Source of the DNA: Styela clava
Lineage: Eukaryota
DNA: 64,000 nt
Direction: 5' to 3'
NCBI RefSeq assembly: GCF_964204865.1
Contig: NC_135252.1
Coordinates: 8,680,001-8,744,000 of the forward strand
Positions 10,583 through 24,201 of the stretch are shown here, piece by piece (positions within the stretch are counted from its first letter, which is position 1; each line of letters starts with the position of its first letter). The position numbers were made by a program, and so were the translations under genes. The notes under the pieces were generated by a model, which searched no databases, was not told the DNA's origin, and worked only from the letters and a program-made list of their open reading frames with translations.

Positions 10583-13500
10583 TTATGTCCACGGCTTTGT
10601 TGATCTTCCAATTCTAGAGCTGACAGTTGACCTAAAATTCAAGCAGATTAGTTTCACTCATTCCTATGTCCCTTACAGCGCAGATTTCTTGGTGAGACCA
10701 TCACAGATTCAAGGTCAAAGGTTTTTAATATAGAATAGTATGATGTATGCATTTTTTCTCTTCAGAACAAATTTCTATACCAACGCTATAAGTACATTAA
10801 ACATTCCAATTATAAAAGTAATACATCCAAATTATGAATGCATTGATTGCTTGGATGCTTACATTTATACATGATTATCATCATGCTTGCTGTTCATACA
10901 TAATGAATAGAAGTTTTAGGTGTGTAAGCATGATATGGCCAAAGCATAGTTGGTTGAAACAACATCAATTATAATTCTATGATTCACAATTAAATGATTG
11001 AATAACCCACTTGGTTGATGTTGCTGATGAGAAAGATGGTTGACCCTTTTTCTTGGAAGGTGTTGGTGGTTGCAGTTGCTTAGGTTTTGGTTTCTCGGCT
11101 AATTTTCCTTTAAATAAACGAGCGAAGTCTATTTTACATGAAGGTGTATTTGTGAAATCTTTGTCATCTTGCTTAGTTTCTTCTAAATCTGTTCCCAACA
11201 AATACTGTTGATCTAATTTGAGTCGAACCGGAGCATACATGTTAAACCATTGCTGCAATAAAAGTAAAATGGAATTACCAGTAGTTTGAATATTGAGCTA
11301 TTATCGAAAAAACTTTCAAGCTTCTTATAAATATAATATTAAACAAGTATTCAAAGATAGCAATGGCGCATGACCAGTCCAAAAATTTTGCCTAAGCCAT
11401 TAAAGCACTTAATACACTACCAATTTTGATCAGCGTACAAGAATTTAAGTTTATTTACAAGATCGGTGAAAGCGTTATCGGATGCCAGCAGACTTCCTAA
11501 TCAATTCAAAGGTAGGCAACCACAGTTGAAAATAAATGACGAGTAACAATAACATTACAAAATAATTTCAACATGAATATATTTAAAAGGTAGAAATAAC
11601 AATGTTTTGAATTTCCTAGTGTAAAGCAGTAACTAGGAAGTAAGTATTAGACTGGAATTACATTGGTGTCAAGCATGCTGGGCAAGATCATTGTTCAGAT
11701 TATTGCTACACTTGATCATCAGTAAAAATTCTGATCTATGGCATTGTATATATGAAATTATTTCAAACCTGTGCTTGTAAACTGAGACCAATATCTGTCA
11801 AAGCAAAATGCCATTGTGGTAATCCAAGATGCATCAACATCAGTCTGTAATAGGATGTAAAATCCTTTGACAGGAAATGCCACATAAGTGATCGATCAAG
11901 AAACCAGATTTCTGGTTTGTGTGCCGGTAGTCCTAAATAAGTTGTTTAACCATGAGTATGAGTAGGTAAGTATGAATGATTTAGTGTAAGCTGAGAGTTA
12001 AATTACCTGGACTTGTGTTGAGGTAAACAAGACAAACTTTTCCATGACCTTGGCAATTTTCAAGTTCAAATATTCTACTCCTTCCATCAAAATGAGGTTT
12101 GATGGTACGTTTCTTTGTGTGAGCTAGGCAAAAATCAATAAAATTTGAATAAATACCCAGGAAATTTGTTCATTTTTAGTGTTTACTTTCCTGACTTCCT
12201 TAATCATGCATGCAGGGGAGTAGCCAAAATATTTTCAAAGGTCAGTGGTTCTAAAATTTCTATTTGCCAAGTTAGATCCAAATAGCTAGTAGTATGATAC
12301 AGATAGATTTTACCGATAAATATGCGTAAACTTTATTTTTATCCATCAGGATTCATCTTGAAAAAAGTAATATTTGTCATTTTCACTAATATATTAAGTT
12401 TATATACCATGGAATGGACAACAATTTCAGACAAACCCAAACTTACTATTTTCATCATTATCACTCTCGCTGTCTTCTGAATCATCTTCATCACTACTGC
12501 ATGATTCAATATCAGCAAATGATGGAGTGTTTGTAATTGTAGCAGTTGATGCAGAAGAACTTATCTTCACAAGATTAGAAAATGGATTTATTTCCATTCT
12601 TCCTACAGGAAACTTGTTATCTGAAACATAAGAAGCAGGTTGATTTTTTAGTAGCTGTACACGCAATTTTAATTAATTTTTTAGAGATTTTAGCTTATAC
12701 GTAACTGACTCATGCAGGATGGTTGCTTTAATCTGTCACGAAATCAAACTGAGTACAATAAACTAAAAACTAAAAATATCTGTCTTTTCAAAATTACACT
12801 AGATATCCACATTGAAAGTAAGTTTTTGGCATCCTCTAAATGGATTATGGAAGGCCAGACACATAAATATGACATGAACAACTTACAATACTTTGAAAAT
12901 TTAATAAGTTTCTGCCAATCGGGCTATGAATAAATTGCAATAATGATATGATGTTTTAAAATTGATTTTTAGACATTCACAAACTTTAAATTTGAAACAT
13001 GGATTTCAATGCTGTTGTGAATATTGAATAATAATTTCGAAATTATAAAATCTTTTTTATCAGGATGGGTTTCTGCCAATCAGGCTATAAATAAATTGCA
13101 ATAATTGTAAGATGTTTTAAAATTAATTCTGAGACATTCACAGACATTGAAACATGGACTTCAATGCTGTTATGAATATTAAATAATGAATTCTGAAACT
13201 GATCACTAATATTTACACACTAATTTTTAGAATTATTAAATCATTTGTTCAGGATACCTTCCAGTAACACACTCCATGTTAGTAGTAAACCATCTGTTGT
13301 CAGATAAAAGTTTTTCAAGTCTTCTGGCAAAATGCATGCATTTCTTTGCTCCCAAGCTACTATTTGATGTCGTTCAGCAGGATTCCCACCATTGAGTGAA
13401 ACATCGCACACTCCCAATCTTTTCTCTACAAATAAGTATTACCAGATATTAAACTTGCACCATAGTCTAAAAATCCAATGGGGGTGAGGGGGAATTCCAA

Positions 13501-13893
13501 TATTTTATAAATGAATATAAGCAAAAAAAATCCAAAGAAAAAGTAGATTTAATTTATGCAAAAATTGCCAAACTCTCTATATATCACATGTGAAGTATAA
13601 GTATGTAAGATATATAATAATAAATAATATTTAAAGTTCTTTTGCTTTTAAAAGAAGATATTTTTTTACTGAAATTATTCTATTTTCTGACCAGCATTTA
13701 TTACAGGGAAAATTGAATTATTAGCAAGAAAAATATTGCATATTTGGCAAGGTGTCACTATATATCAGCTGGAAATGATGACATGTACGAAGTTTATCAG
13801 AATATCCCAACCTAGAGATGTTGAAACTCCCAATGTTAGTCTTTCCAGCAAATCGCTAAGAGCAGGTTTTTGCACTTCCCCCACTTCAACCAT
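10583..13893 (-). CDS. TPGS2: Tubulin polyglutamylase complex subunit 2, 7 coding exons (13893-13812, 13425-13258, 12620-12447, 12123-12007, 11932-11769, 11252-11011, 10631-10583), ~331 aa
   Basis: Manual splicing gives LERLTLGVSTSLEKRLGV..PAERHQIVAWEQRNACILPEDLKNFYLTTDG..KPHFDGRSRIFELGNCQGHGKVCLVY..EIWFLDRSLMWHFL..YYRLMLMHLGLPQWHFA..QWFNMYAP. This matches vertebrate TPGS2 as I recall it. All introns are GT-AG with consistent phase. Confidence 0.92.
12909..13190. repeat. ~160-bp-period diverged tandem duplication in a TPGS2 intron
   Basis: tttctgccaatc..gaaacatgga..tcaatgctgtt..gaatatt, two copies. Confidence 0.85.
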
Positions 13894-14547
13894 ATTAGAT
13901 TTCTTTCTTTGTTTGGTAAACGTATTATTTTTATAAACTGCAATATTAACAAATGAAAAATGTGAATATTAACTATTACATATAGCTCCCTGCTTCCTCC
14001 TGAACCATACATAGTTGATACAGCATGATCATGAATAAATAGACAATAAACATAAAAATGTGTTGAAAGTTTATCGCTCAAATAAAGAATGTATTCAGGT
14101 GTTCGATTCAAGTGTATTTCAATATTTTCAAACCAAGGCACGTGTGCTAACTGTCAAACATATAAAGAAAATAAGTTATCACTGCGGCTCAAGACTTTTA
14201 TTCAAATGAGACATCATTGCATGCACACAGTGTTTTGTTTTAAAAATAAATAAAGTTGATTAGACATGTCGTAAATTTTCATCAAAATAATAATAGCAAT
14301 TTGAAATATAAAACATAACTTCTTCACCAGTTTCATGTGCAATTTATACATTCAACATGTATTCCATTTGAATATTCAGTTCATTGGTTGGCATTTCACA
14401 TTCATAAGTAATTCAGTTTATTGTAATACCGGTATTACATTAATATCCCATGCTTTACAGCTTTAACCATTCATTTTAATCAACTACATAAACCAAACCA
14501 ATCTGAGGTTAATGATTATCACACAAGAGAACATTGCATCTCTAAAG

Positions 14548-14684
14548 ATACAATTTATTTCCTAAACTTTACTTACTAACAACAATTCAATAAAGAACAT
14601 GGCTTGATTCTTTTCGATACAATTTATTTCCTGAACTTTACTTACTAACAACAATTCAATAAAGAACATGGCTTGATTCTTTTC
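14548..14684. repeat. ~68-bp tandem duplication
   Basis: gatacaatttatttcct..gaacatggcttgattcttttc, two copies. Confidence 0.9.
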
Positions 14685-14959
14685 GGCCGGGTATTGAAGA
14701 GCTGTAAGTTGTTATTTGTAACCAATAGCTATCGTACCGTACGACCTTTCACCTCAGATTTTTTTCTTTTATATTCAGTATTTTATCATTTATTCATTTT
14801 CCAGACATTGAAACGTTCGTGTAAATATACCAAAATGAATCACACAGATTTCGGTCACATTTTTACAAGTAAATAATATCAATCTCATGAATTTCAATTT
14901 TTTGTATATATCTCCCCCTGAACTCCTCCACCTTCCCCACTTTGGGCCGCTCCAGTCGT

Positions 14960-15350
14960 CACAATAACACGATTTGGGGAAATTCCCGATGACAACAATT
15001 TTGGTAACAAAAGTACCTAATGTCCCCGTCGGAAAGTGTGCTTGATTAAATGTTTACAATAACGCCAGGCGAAATAACTTGATTGCAGGCGTACCGGTAC
15101 CGGTACCGTATTGGTTATGGCCGGTACCGGTATATAAATAATACCTATGTATTATGTTCATCTCGTGTGCCAAATTATGGACCTAGTTGTTGAAGGAAGC
15201 CATGAACATATAACAACATACCAGTAACGACCAGTTCATTTAACAATTCATTTAATGATTTAATTTTTCCCAATATACCTTTCTACTTTTGTCACCTGTC
15301 ACCGATATACAACATTTAACCTATTTACAACATTTTCTCCTTAAAAAGGC
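14960..15350. promoter_or_regulatory. Probable bidirectional promoter between TPGS2 and QPRT
   Basis: The genes are head-to-head with ATGs 1.5 kb apart. The segment is locally GC/CpG-richer and carries (gtaccg)n repeats and GGGAAATTCCC at 14977-14987. Confidence 0.55.
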
Positions 15351-15392
15351 ATAGGAGTAGGTAAAGTTAGAAGGAAGGTGTCAATTTTCAAA

Positions 15393-17606
<2,214 letters not shown>

Positions 17607-17673
17607 TGATGTTTATTTTTGATACCTGATAATATTTTTAATTGATTAAGGGTATGTAAACTAAACCTTTAGC

Positions 17674-17784
17674 GGTGCTCCGAAGTATGTGCACTAAGAT
17701 GACGCACAACCTGAACACACTATATGTACCAAGTTCGGGTTATCAGGTTGTGCGCCATATTGGTGGACATACTTTCGGAGCTCC
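17674..17784. mobile_element. Palindromic GG-ended MITE (family B) just downstream of the QPRT stop
   Basis: ggtgctccgaagtatgtgcac...tggacatactttcggagctcc with a perfect 8-bp TSD cctttagc. Confidence 0.85.
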
Positions 17785-18108
17785 CCTTTAGCATAGCAGG
17801 TAATAGATGGAGTGGTTTGTGATGAAATCAAGGAGAAATGTGAACCACCATAACTAAACAATCATACCTGGCCTCAATATGCTCAAAATGTGACAAAATA
17901 AATTACAGATGAATTAGCAATAAATATCACTTTTATTTATCTTGTTTACAAACCTATTTGTTCTTCATTTGTGTAATACATCATTGTTCTGGTGTAATAT
18001 TATCATAATAACTTCAAATCAGATATGCCAATAAAACAATAATTATTCGAATTAATTCGTTGGTGTTTGCATGGATTATGTTAATGAGGGACCGATTACA
18101 ATCCGATG

Positions 18109-18172
18109 GGCGCTCCCGAAGTATTGGTGCACAACCTGAACACTAACCTGGTGCACATACTTCGGGAGCTCC
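18109..18172. mobile_element. Short family B MITE derivative
   Basis: ggcgctcccgaagta...tacttcgggagctcc inverted ends. Confidence 0.7.
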
Positions 18173-19784
18173 AATAAATGCGATTGCGATACCGCAACGA
18201 TGAAAGGGTGACAATAAAATGAAAATGCATCTTCTGATGTTTGTCAACAAAAAAAACATAATTTTAGCCTATTAAAAAGTGAAAAAGCAATCATATCAAA
18301 AACAATATATAACACAATATTTGAACGTCCCAGATGTTTCTGCACGTTATATTTGTGATATTCTCTTATCGTACGTATAACAATCGAAGGATTGCACATA
18401 AAATATATATAAGATAATACAATTAGCCGTATGAAGGAATTATATAAAGCAAATAGCAGCTTCATTCAGCAAATGTGATAATTTCTTCTTGAATAATGTT
18501 ATGTTTATTTCGCTGTCCAAATGGTTTCACTACCGCATGGTCATATTTCTGAAAAATTGTCGCTATACCACTTCGTAACGATGCTGGAATTTAATATTAG
18601 AGAAGATTCTCGAAAATGCATCGCAGATGGGAAAAAAACAGCAACTGACTGTTATTCTCCACAAGTTCATGCAACAATCAACATAGATTTCGTACATCTT
18701 GCAGCAAGGACGGACGCACCTTAATTATAGCAATATTTATTAGAAATTTATATATATATCTGAAAGGTCTCAAATTGTGCCTTTGTTATATCGCTATCGA
18801 GTAAGTATGGATTGTTTCTGGATTTGTAGCAAGAATTATGAGTTTTTACGCACAACCGATCTTGGATAGGCATTCAAAATTGTCAGTGGGCATATAACGC
18901 TTACTGTTAGCGTTGATATTGTACATTGCATTTTTTTGAACAAAATTTACTTGTAATAGGCCTTACCAAATGCTGTAGAAACTCTGACAAGCAAACACTA
19001 GCCCCCATACACAAGCACACGGTCCTCCGCAAAGTACTGAGAGGAAAATATAGCAGCCGTTTTTTAAGCCCCAGAATGTACTGTTGCTGCACATCCACAC
19101 TGCATCGATGCTATGACTACCCTCCGGCTCGGCAATGACATCCTCGAATAATACCTATAAGTAGAATAAGTGGTTAATATTGCTAAATCTTCATCCGATT
19201 AACTTTACAGTGAATAGTGCTTAAGCTACGCTTTCTGATAGTTGAAATGAAATTCATTCCCTTACCACCTAGTCCTAGTTATTTGAATACCAAGTTATTT
19301 TGAAATGCCAACTAATACCTGATGTCGAATTAGATTTTTGAAATCAGGATAATATATTCTTATAATAGTAATAATCCAAGAGTTAATGTATAAAAAGCAA
19401 GAGCTAATTAAATAAGTTTGTATGAGTGCTTGTGCTTCAGAATATTTTTTTTCACGCGAGATCTCGCGTATGGTTGTCTCGGATTTGAGTGGGCTCTTAA
19501 TGTGATGCGAAATGTTCAGCCTGGACAGCTATCCAATCACGGAGGGTCGCGATAGCACAGTGTGCAGGTAAATCCCCCCTAAATATATATATATATCTAT
19601 ATGACTTTTTATACAATTAATTGACAACTACGAGTTTTTGCAAAAGTTATACATTATGTAAGATGATTCCCAATAGGCTCGGCTCGTCACAATTGAACAT
19701 GTTATTCATGCTTCGACTTTTTATCGCTTACGAAATTTTAGGTTCCAGCCGCTGAGGAATATATTGAAAAGAATACTTCAGGCG

Positions 19785-19987
19785 GGTGACCGTACATTTG
19801 AACCCATGTACATTTGAACCCATGCGTATATCCACGGGTTCAATCTATATGCGGGTGCTAAAACCCATGGGTTAGGGTTAGTATGGGTTTAACTATCCGT
19901 GAAACAAAAAAAACTCCATAGGTGCAATAGCATACAGGGGCAATTGTCATGGGTTCAAATGTACGTGGGTTCAAATGTAATGGAACC
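19785..19987. mobile_element. GG-ended MITE with subterminal tandem repeats (family C)
   Basis: tacatttgaaccc occurs twice at the left and is inverted at the right. Internal gggttagggttag. Perfect TSD ttcaggcg. Confidence 0.85.
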
Positions 19988-20482
19988 TTCAGGCGGTTCG
20001 CAATGAACAATATCGAGTTTAGCCGATTATTAGCAAAAAATATCTTTTGTACATATAAAATTATTTCAGTTATTCAAACCTTGATGCTTTCATTGATATT
20101 TTTAGGATCACGATTCACCATATCCAAATCGGCCCCGTTATCCTGCATTCTGGTCGTCTTACTTACCTGAATCAACTATACAGTAAAAGAAACAGTTTAT
20201 TCTGAAGCCCTCATTTATAACAGCAAATTTGTCTTCGCTAGAATTTCCGTTCTGAAATTTCCAACGACATTTCTCTTATCTGGGTTTCTGTGGTCATCAA
20301 AAGCTGAATTCGCATAAAACTGCCCATTGTAAAAAACGTGCTCGGAATTTCCCAATGTTACAACGCGGCAAAATACAATTTACCAATTTGTGGGAATTCC
20401 TGTTGCTCTTTTTGATATTGAAAAGACACAGTGAAAACATCTCATATATATGGATGATTGCGAACACTCACAAAATAGTATA

Positions 20483-21452
20483 CGAGGTGCGGCTAAAATG
20501 AAACGGGACTGATGTCACAGATTGCGCAACACGATTAACCATCGGTAATCAACGCTTTTGCAGTGTGGCGTAACATGTGTTCTTTGTTTAACGGCTGTTT
20601 TGACACAATATCGCAATTATTTTTGCTTTTCAGGATCCATAAGTGAATGTGATAAATTTCTTGTTGAAAAAAAATGCTGTGCGAGGTCTGATTGAGTTTT
20701 TTGGCGATAGGGGGTTCAATTGCAGAATGACGATTGAGCAAATAATTAACATTAAATTTTGTGTCAAACTTGAAAAAATGCATGTCAACTCGCCATGCAT
20801 TCAATCGTTGAGCTTTCTGCTCCTCAGTCAACTCAAGAGCCTTTGGCATCATTTTGGCACACACCTTTCGCACTCCCAAAGTGTCTACCGAAATGGTGCA
20901 GACCGTTTCTTTGTCCATCCCAACTTCTTTGGCAATGACGCGAGTTGTTAAGCGACGGTCACTGCGAACCAACTGCCGAACCTTTTTGATGTTTTGGTAT
21001 CAGTTGTGGAAGTGCAGGGCCTTCCTGACTTTGGATCATTCTCAACATCTTCCCTGCCTGCCACAAATCGCTTGTGCCATTTAAAAACTCTTGTTCTGGA
21101 CATGGAAAAATCTCCATAAACATCACGCAACATCTTCAAAGTCTCATTCGCCGTTTTTCCCGAGTTTGACACAAAATTTAATGTTAATTCTTCGCTCAAT
21201 CGTCATTCTGCAATTGAATCCCCTATCGCCAAAAAACTCAATCAGATCTCGCAAAGCAATTTTTTTTTCAACAAGCAATTAATCACATTCACCTATGGCT
21301 CCTAAAAAGCAAAAATAATTGCGCTATTGTGTCAAAACAGCTGTTAAACAAAGAACACATATTACGCCACACTGTAAAAGTGCTGATTACCGGTGGTAAA
21401 TCATGTTGCGCAATCTGTGACGACAATCCCGTTTCATTTTAGCCACACCTCG
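20483..21452 (-). mobile_element. Defective mariner element: 5' half of the transposase with ~295-bp inverted arms
   Basis: TA TSD on both sides. Frameshifted INIKFCVKLGKTANET..WHKRF..DPKSGRP..VRSDRRLT..RKVCAK (mariner HTH domains). The catalytic domain is absent. Confidence 0.9.
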
Positions 21453-21947
21453 TAGAAACAAATTTAATTCAAAGAGGCAGCCGATTCGTCTGATAAAAAA
21501 TTTTACGAGCGGTGATCCTTGTTGGAATTAAGCAATAATTTTATATTTGTTCACGAGTGATATTTGACTCAACTTTGACATTACCTCCTCCGATTTAAAC
21601 AGTTTAAGAAATAAATTCCATAACATGAATTTATCTATAGTTTCGAAAATATATGATATTAGAGTTAGACGACAGCTCTAAACAAATAGTTATGCCAAAA
21701 CCGAGTCGGATATTACTGATGACACGCTGACACCAAAGTTATATTTAATGTTGCTCAATAGTTAACATTTTCCGTAAATACGAAGAACATGTAAATCAGG
21801 GACGAGGACGTAGAAAACAAATTTTCAAAGGGGGGTTCTCAAATTTTTAATTGCCAAATTACACCGTAACAGCTATCGGGTACGGGCAGGGGCGCAGCCA
21901 GGATTTTCAAAAGGGGGATTTTAAAATCGGAATTGTGAATTTCCATG

Positions 21948-22042
21948 CAACGGCTTCTGAAATGGTCGCCGCGATTGCGCGATCGTTAAAATAGTCATAT
22001 AATATATAATGACTTTTTCTGTCGCGTAATATTCAATCCATG
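21948..22042. repeat. Local dispersed repeat with a second copy at ~22924-23029
   Basis: aacggcttctgaa..gtcg..gcgatt..cgttaaaa..aatattcaatccatg is present in both. It follows hAT-like ends at 21797 and 21887. Confidence 0.65.
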
Positions 22043-23145
22043 AAAACTACGAAAATTTAAAATGTTTTTCTATTTTAATTTTATTGTGTTCAACCGTAAG
22101 TAACTAGCGGTTTAGACGACTTACGACAACATTACTAATCTAAAATCCCACTGCACACAATGATGTGAGGTCAACTTATAGCAACTACCCCCCCCCCCCC
22201 AAATGTACCCATTTCATGTTTAAATCATCAAAACAAAGTTAATTTTTCCCAAAATTCGAACAAAGACTTTCGTAGGAATCAAATTACACCATTTTTAAGA
22301 ACATAACATGTTCCACCCAGTCATTATCAAATTAAAATTTATATTCTCAAGACCTTTGGCACTGATTGAAATAATTATATCTAAGTTCCCATCCGTACGA
22401 TGTACATATTTACTCTTATTGAGATAATAGGAGTTTCTGTTTATAACGTGAATCACGAGCTCACGTTTACAGCATTTAATTAGATTTATGATCGACGTAT
22501 AAATACGACTCGATATCTTTCAATGAAAAGCTAGTGTGGATAAATGTTTTAAGATTTGTATTCTGTGTGTCGTGGAAATCTGAGAATAAAATCAAACAGA
22601 GTTTTCTAAAGTCTTCATTAACGTGGGCATTGAAGCTGAAGGGTGAACGGGCGATTGGCAGTTCTGAGACGGTCTACGATATAGCAATATACGGTGACAT
22701 CACATCCATTTACCAATTATTATAAATTATATATGTTATAAACTGACCGAATATGTTTAGTTTTGATATAGATTTTTGCGCTCTTGCGAATTCGTTATCG
22801 TCGTTAGAAAAATCCCAAGATCTGCTATAAAATCCCAGAAAGTAAAATTTAATCAGGAACAATAAAATACATATCGAGTATATTTATCAAAAATACATCT
22901 TCTCCGCCTTGAAGTCCCCAAGAAACGGCTTCTGAACAGGTCGTCGCGATTACGCCACTCGTTAAAAGAGCCGGCTTTTTCAACGAATATGTAAAGACTT
23001 TTCTGTTGCATAAAATATTCAATCCATGGCCGATATGGCCATATTTAAAATGGGCTGCTTCATTAATTGGGTCGTGATCAATTTAATCTGCAATTTCGAT
23101 AATATTAAATAAAGCATCACTAGAGATAGAAACTGCATCTAATCG

Positions 23146-23405
23146 AAGTTGTCGAGCCTTAACCTTTGTGTCGCAATGGACTTCATGATACGGGAAGCCG
23201 TAACCGACCAGCAGTTACGTGACCACCCTACGGCGGCGACGAGTCCAGTAAACCCTATCGCACATATTTATCTGCCACGGGATTCGAACTTGCGAACCCA
23301 CAAAGGGTACCCTGATCAGAGGAGCGGTGCCAAGCGTATTCCTAACGCTTTCAGGTCAGGTATGGGATTAGTTAGCCAGGTATTTGTTTTCGGAAGCATG
23401 GACTT
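23146..23405 (-). mobile_element. tRNA-derived SINE
   Basis: B-box GTTCGAATCCC on the minus strand near 23279-23289. The body (aactgctggt..ttac..cttc..aagtccat) recurs in degenerate form at ~60876-60990 on the + strand. Confidence 0.6.
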
Positions 23406-23516
23406 GATATTAGTATTAGTTGGTACTTTCAAATTGATTGAATATTTCGAATCAAAATGATGCGTTGAAAAATGTAAACTAGTTCGTAGGTGCCAACTTG
23501 CAAAACCAGTCTTATA

Positions 23517-23978
23517 AGTACAAGAGAGCTATGCTCAAATATATGGACACGTCACAGCAGATACCCCAGTCTACGCCTATTTTGACACCAAGCGAAGCAG
23601 TACTGCAGTAGTTTACCTTACCTTATCTTTATCATTGCTGGTACCGGTAACCTCAAAAAACTTCCGAGTTTCGAGTAGCGAGAATTTTCGGAATCGGTCG
23701 TCACGCTTGGCGGATTAAAATCCGTGTTCCCACGATTGAAAAGTGATACAGCGAATATTTGAATGAAATATTGGATCCCATAGGGTTCATAGAAAATTTA
23801 GGACTAAAAAAAAGTAATAACCTTATGGCAAAAAAATCAATCTTAAAAAAATGAAAATTTCAAAGCAATTGGTCCAGTATTCGAAGAGAAAAGCGATTTT
23901 ATCATGACGAAGGAGAAAATACCAAAAACAACAACATAATATTGAAACGATCGTTATGTACACTGACGTGTCCAATAA
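23517..23978. mobile_element. Helentron/DINE-1-like non-autonomous element
   Basis: acaagag end, 11-bp subterminal inverted repeat tggacacgtca (23544-23554) / tgacgtgtcca (23964-23974), and an aac microsatellite. A related copy lies at ~33660-33990. Confidence 0.6.
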
Positions 23979-24201
23979 GAGATTATTCCAATTATAAAAT
24001 TCTCAGGGTATGTATGAAAAGAATTTATCTGAGAGAGAGGAAGCGAATTCAATATTTTTGTCAACCACAATACAAATAAATATTAAAATGATAAATTACA
24101 CAGCATTTATTCAGGTATCGACTGGGAGGTCATCAAAGGCAGCTACCACCCATCCCAGCCGTATGATTTTTGAGAACGAAATAAAAAATAACCGTCGACT
24201 A

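Noticed and set aside
14548-14684. Direct repeats as a CRISPR-like array (also 7329-7438, 33283-33388, 43580-43740)
   Set aside because: These are two or three adjacent copies without unique regular spacers in eukaryotic DNA, i.e. ordinary tandem duplications.
19869-19882. gggttagggttag as a telomere remnant
   Set aside because: Only two units, and internal to a MITE with a TSD.
23270-23350. tRNA gene
   Set aside because: A B-box is present but no cloverleaf, and it continues into a dispersed repeat body, so it is called a SINE.
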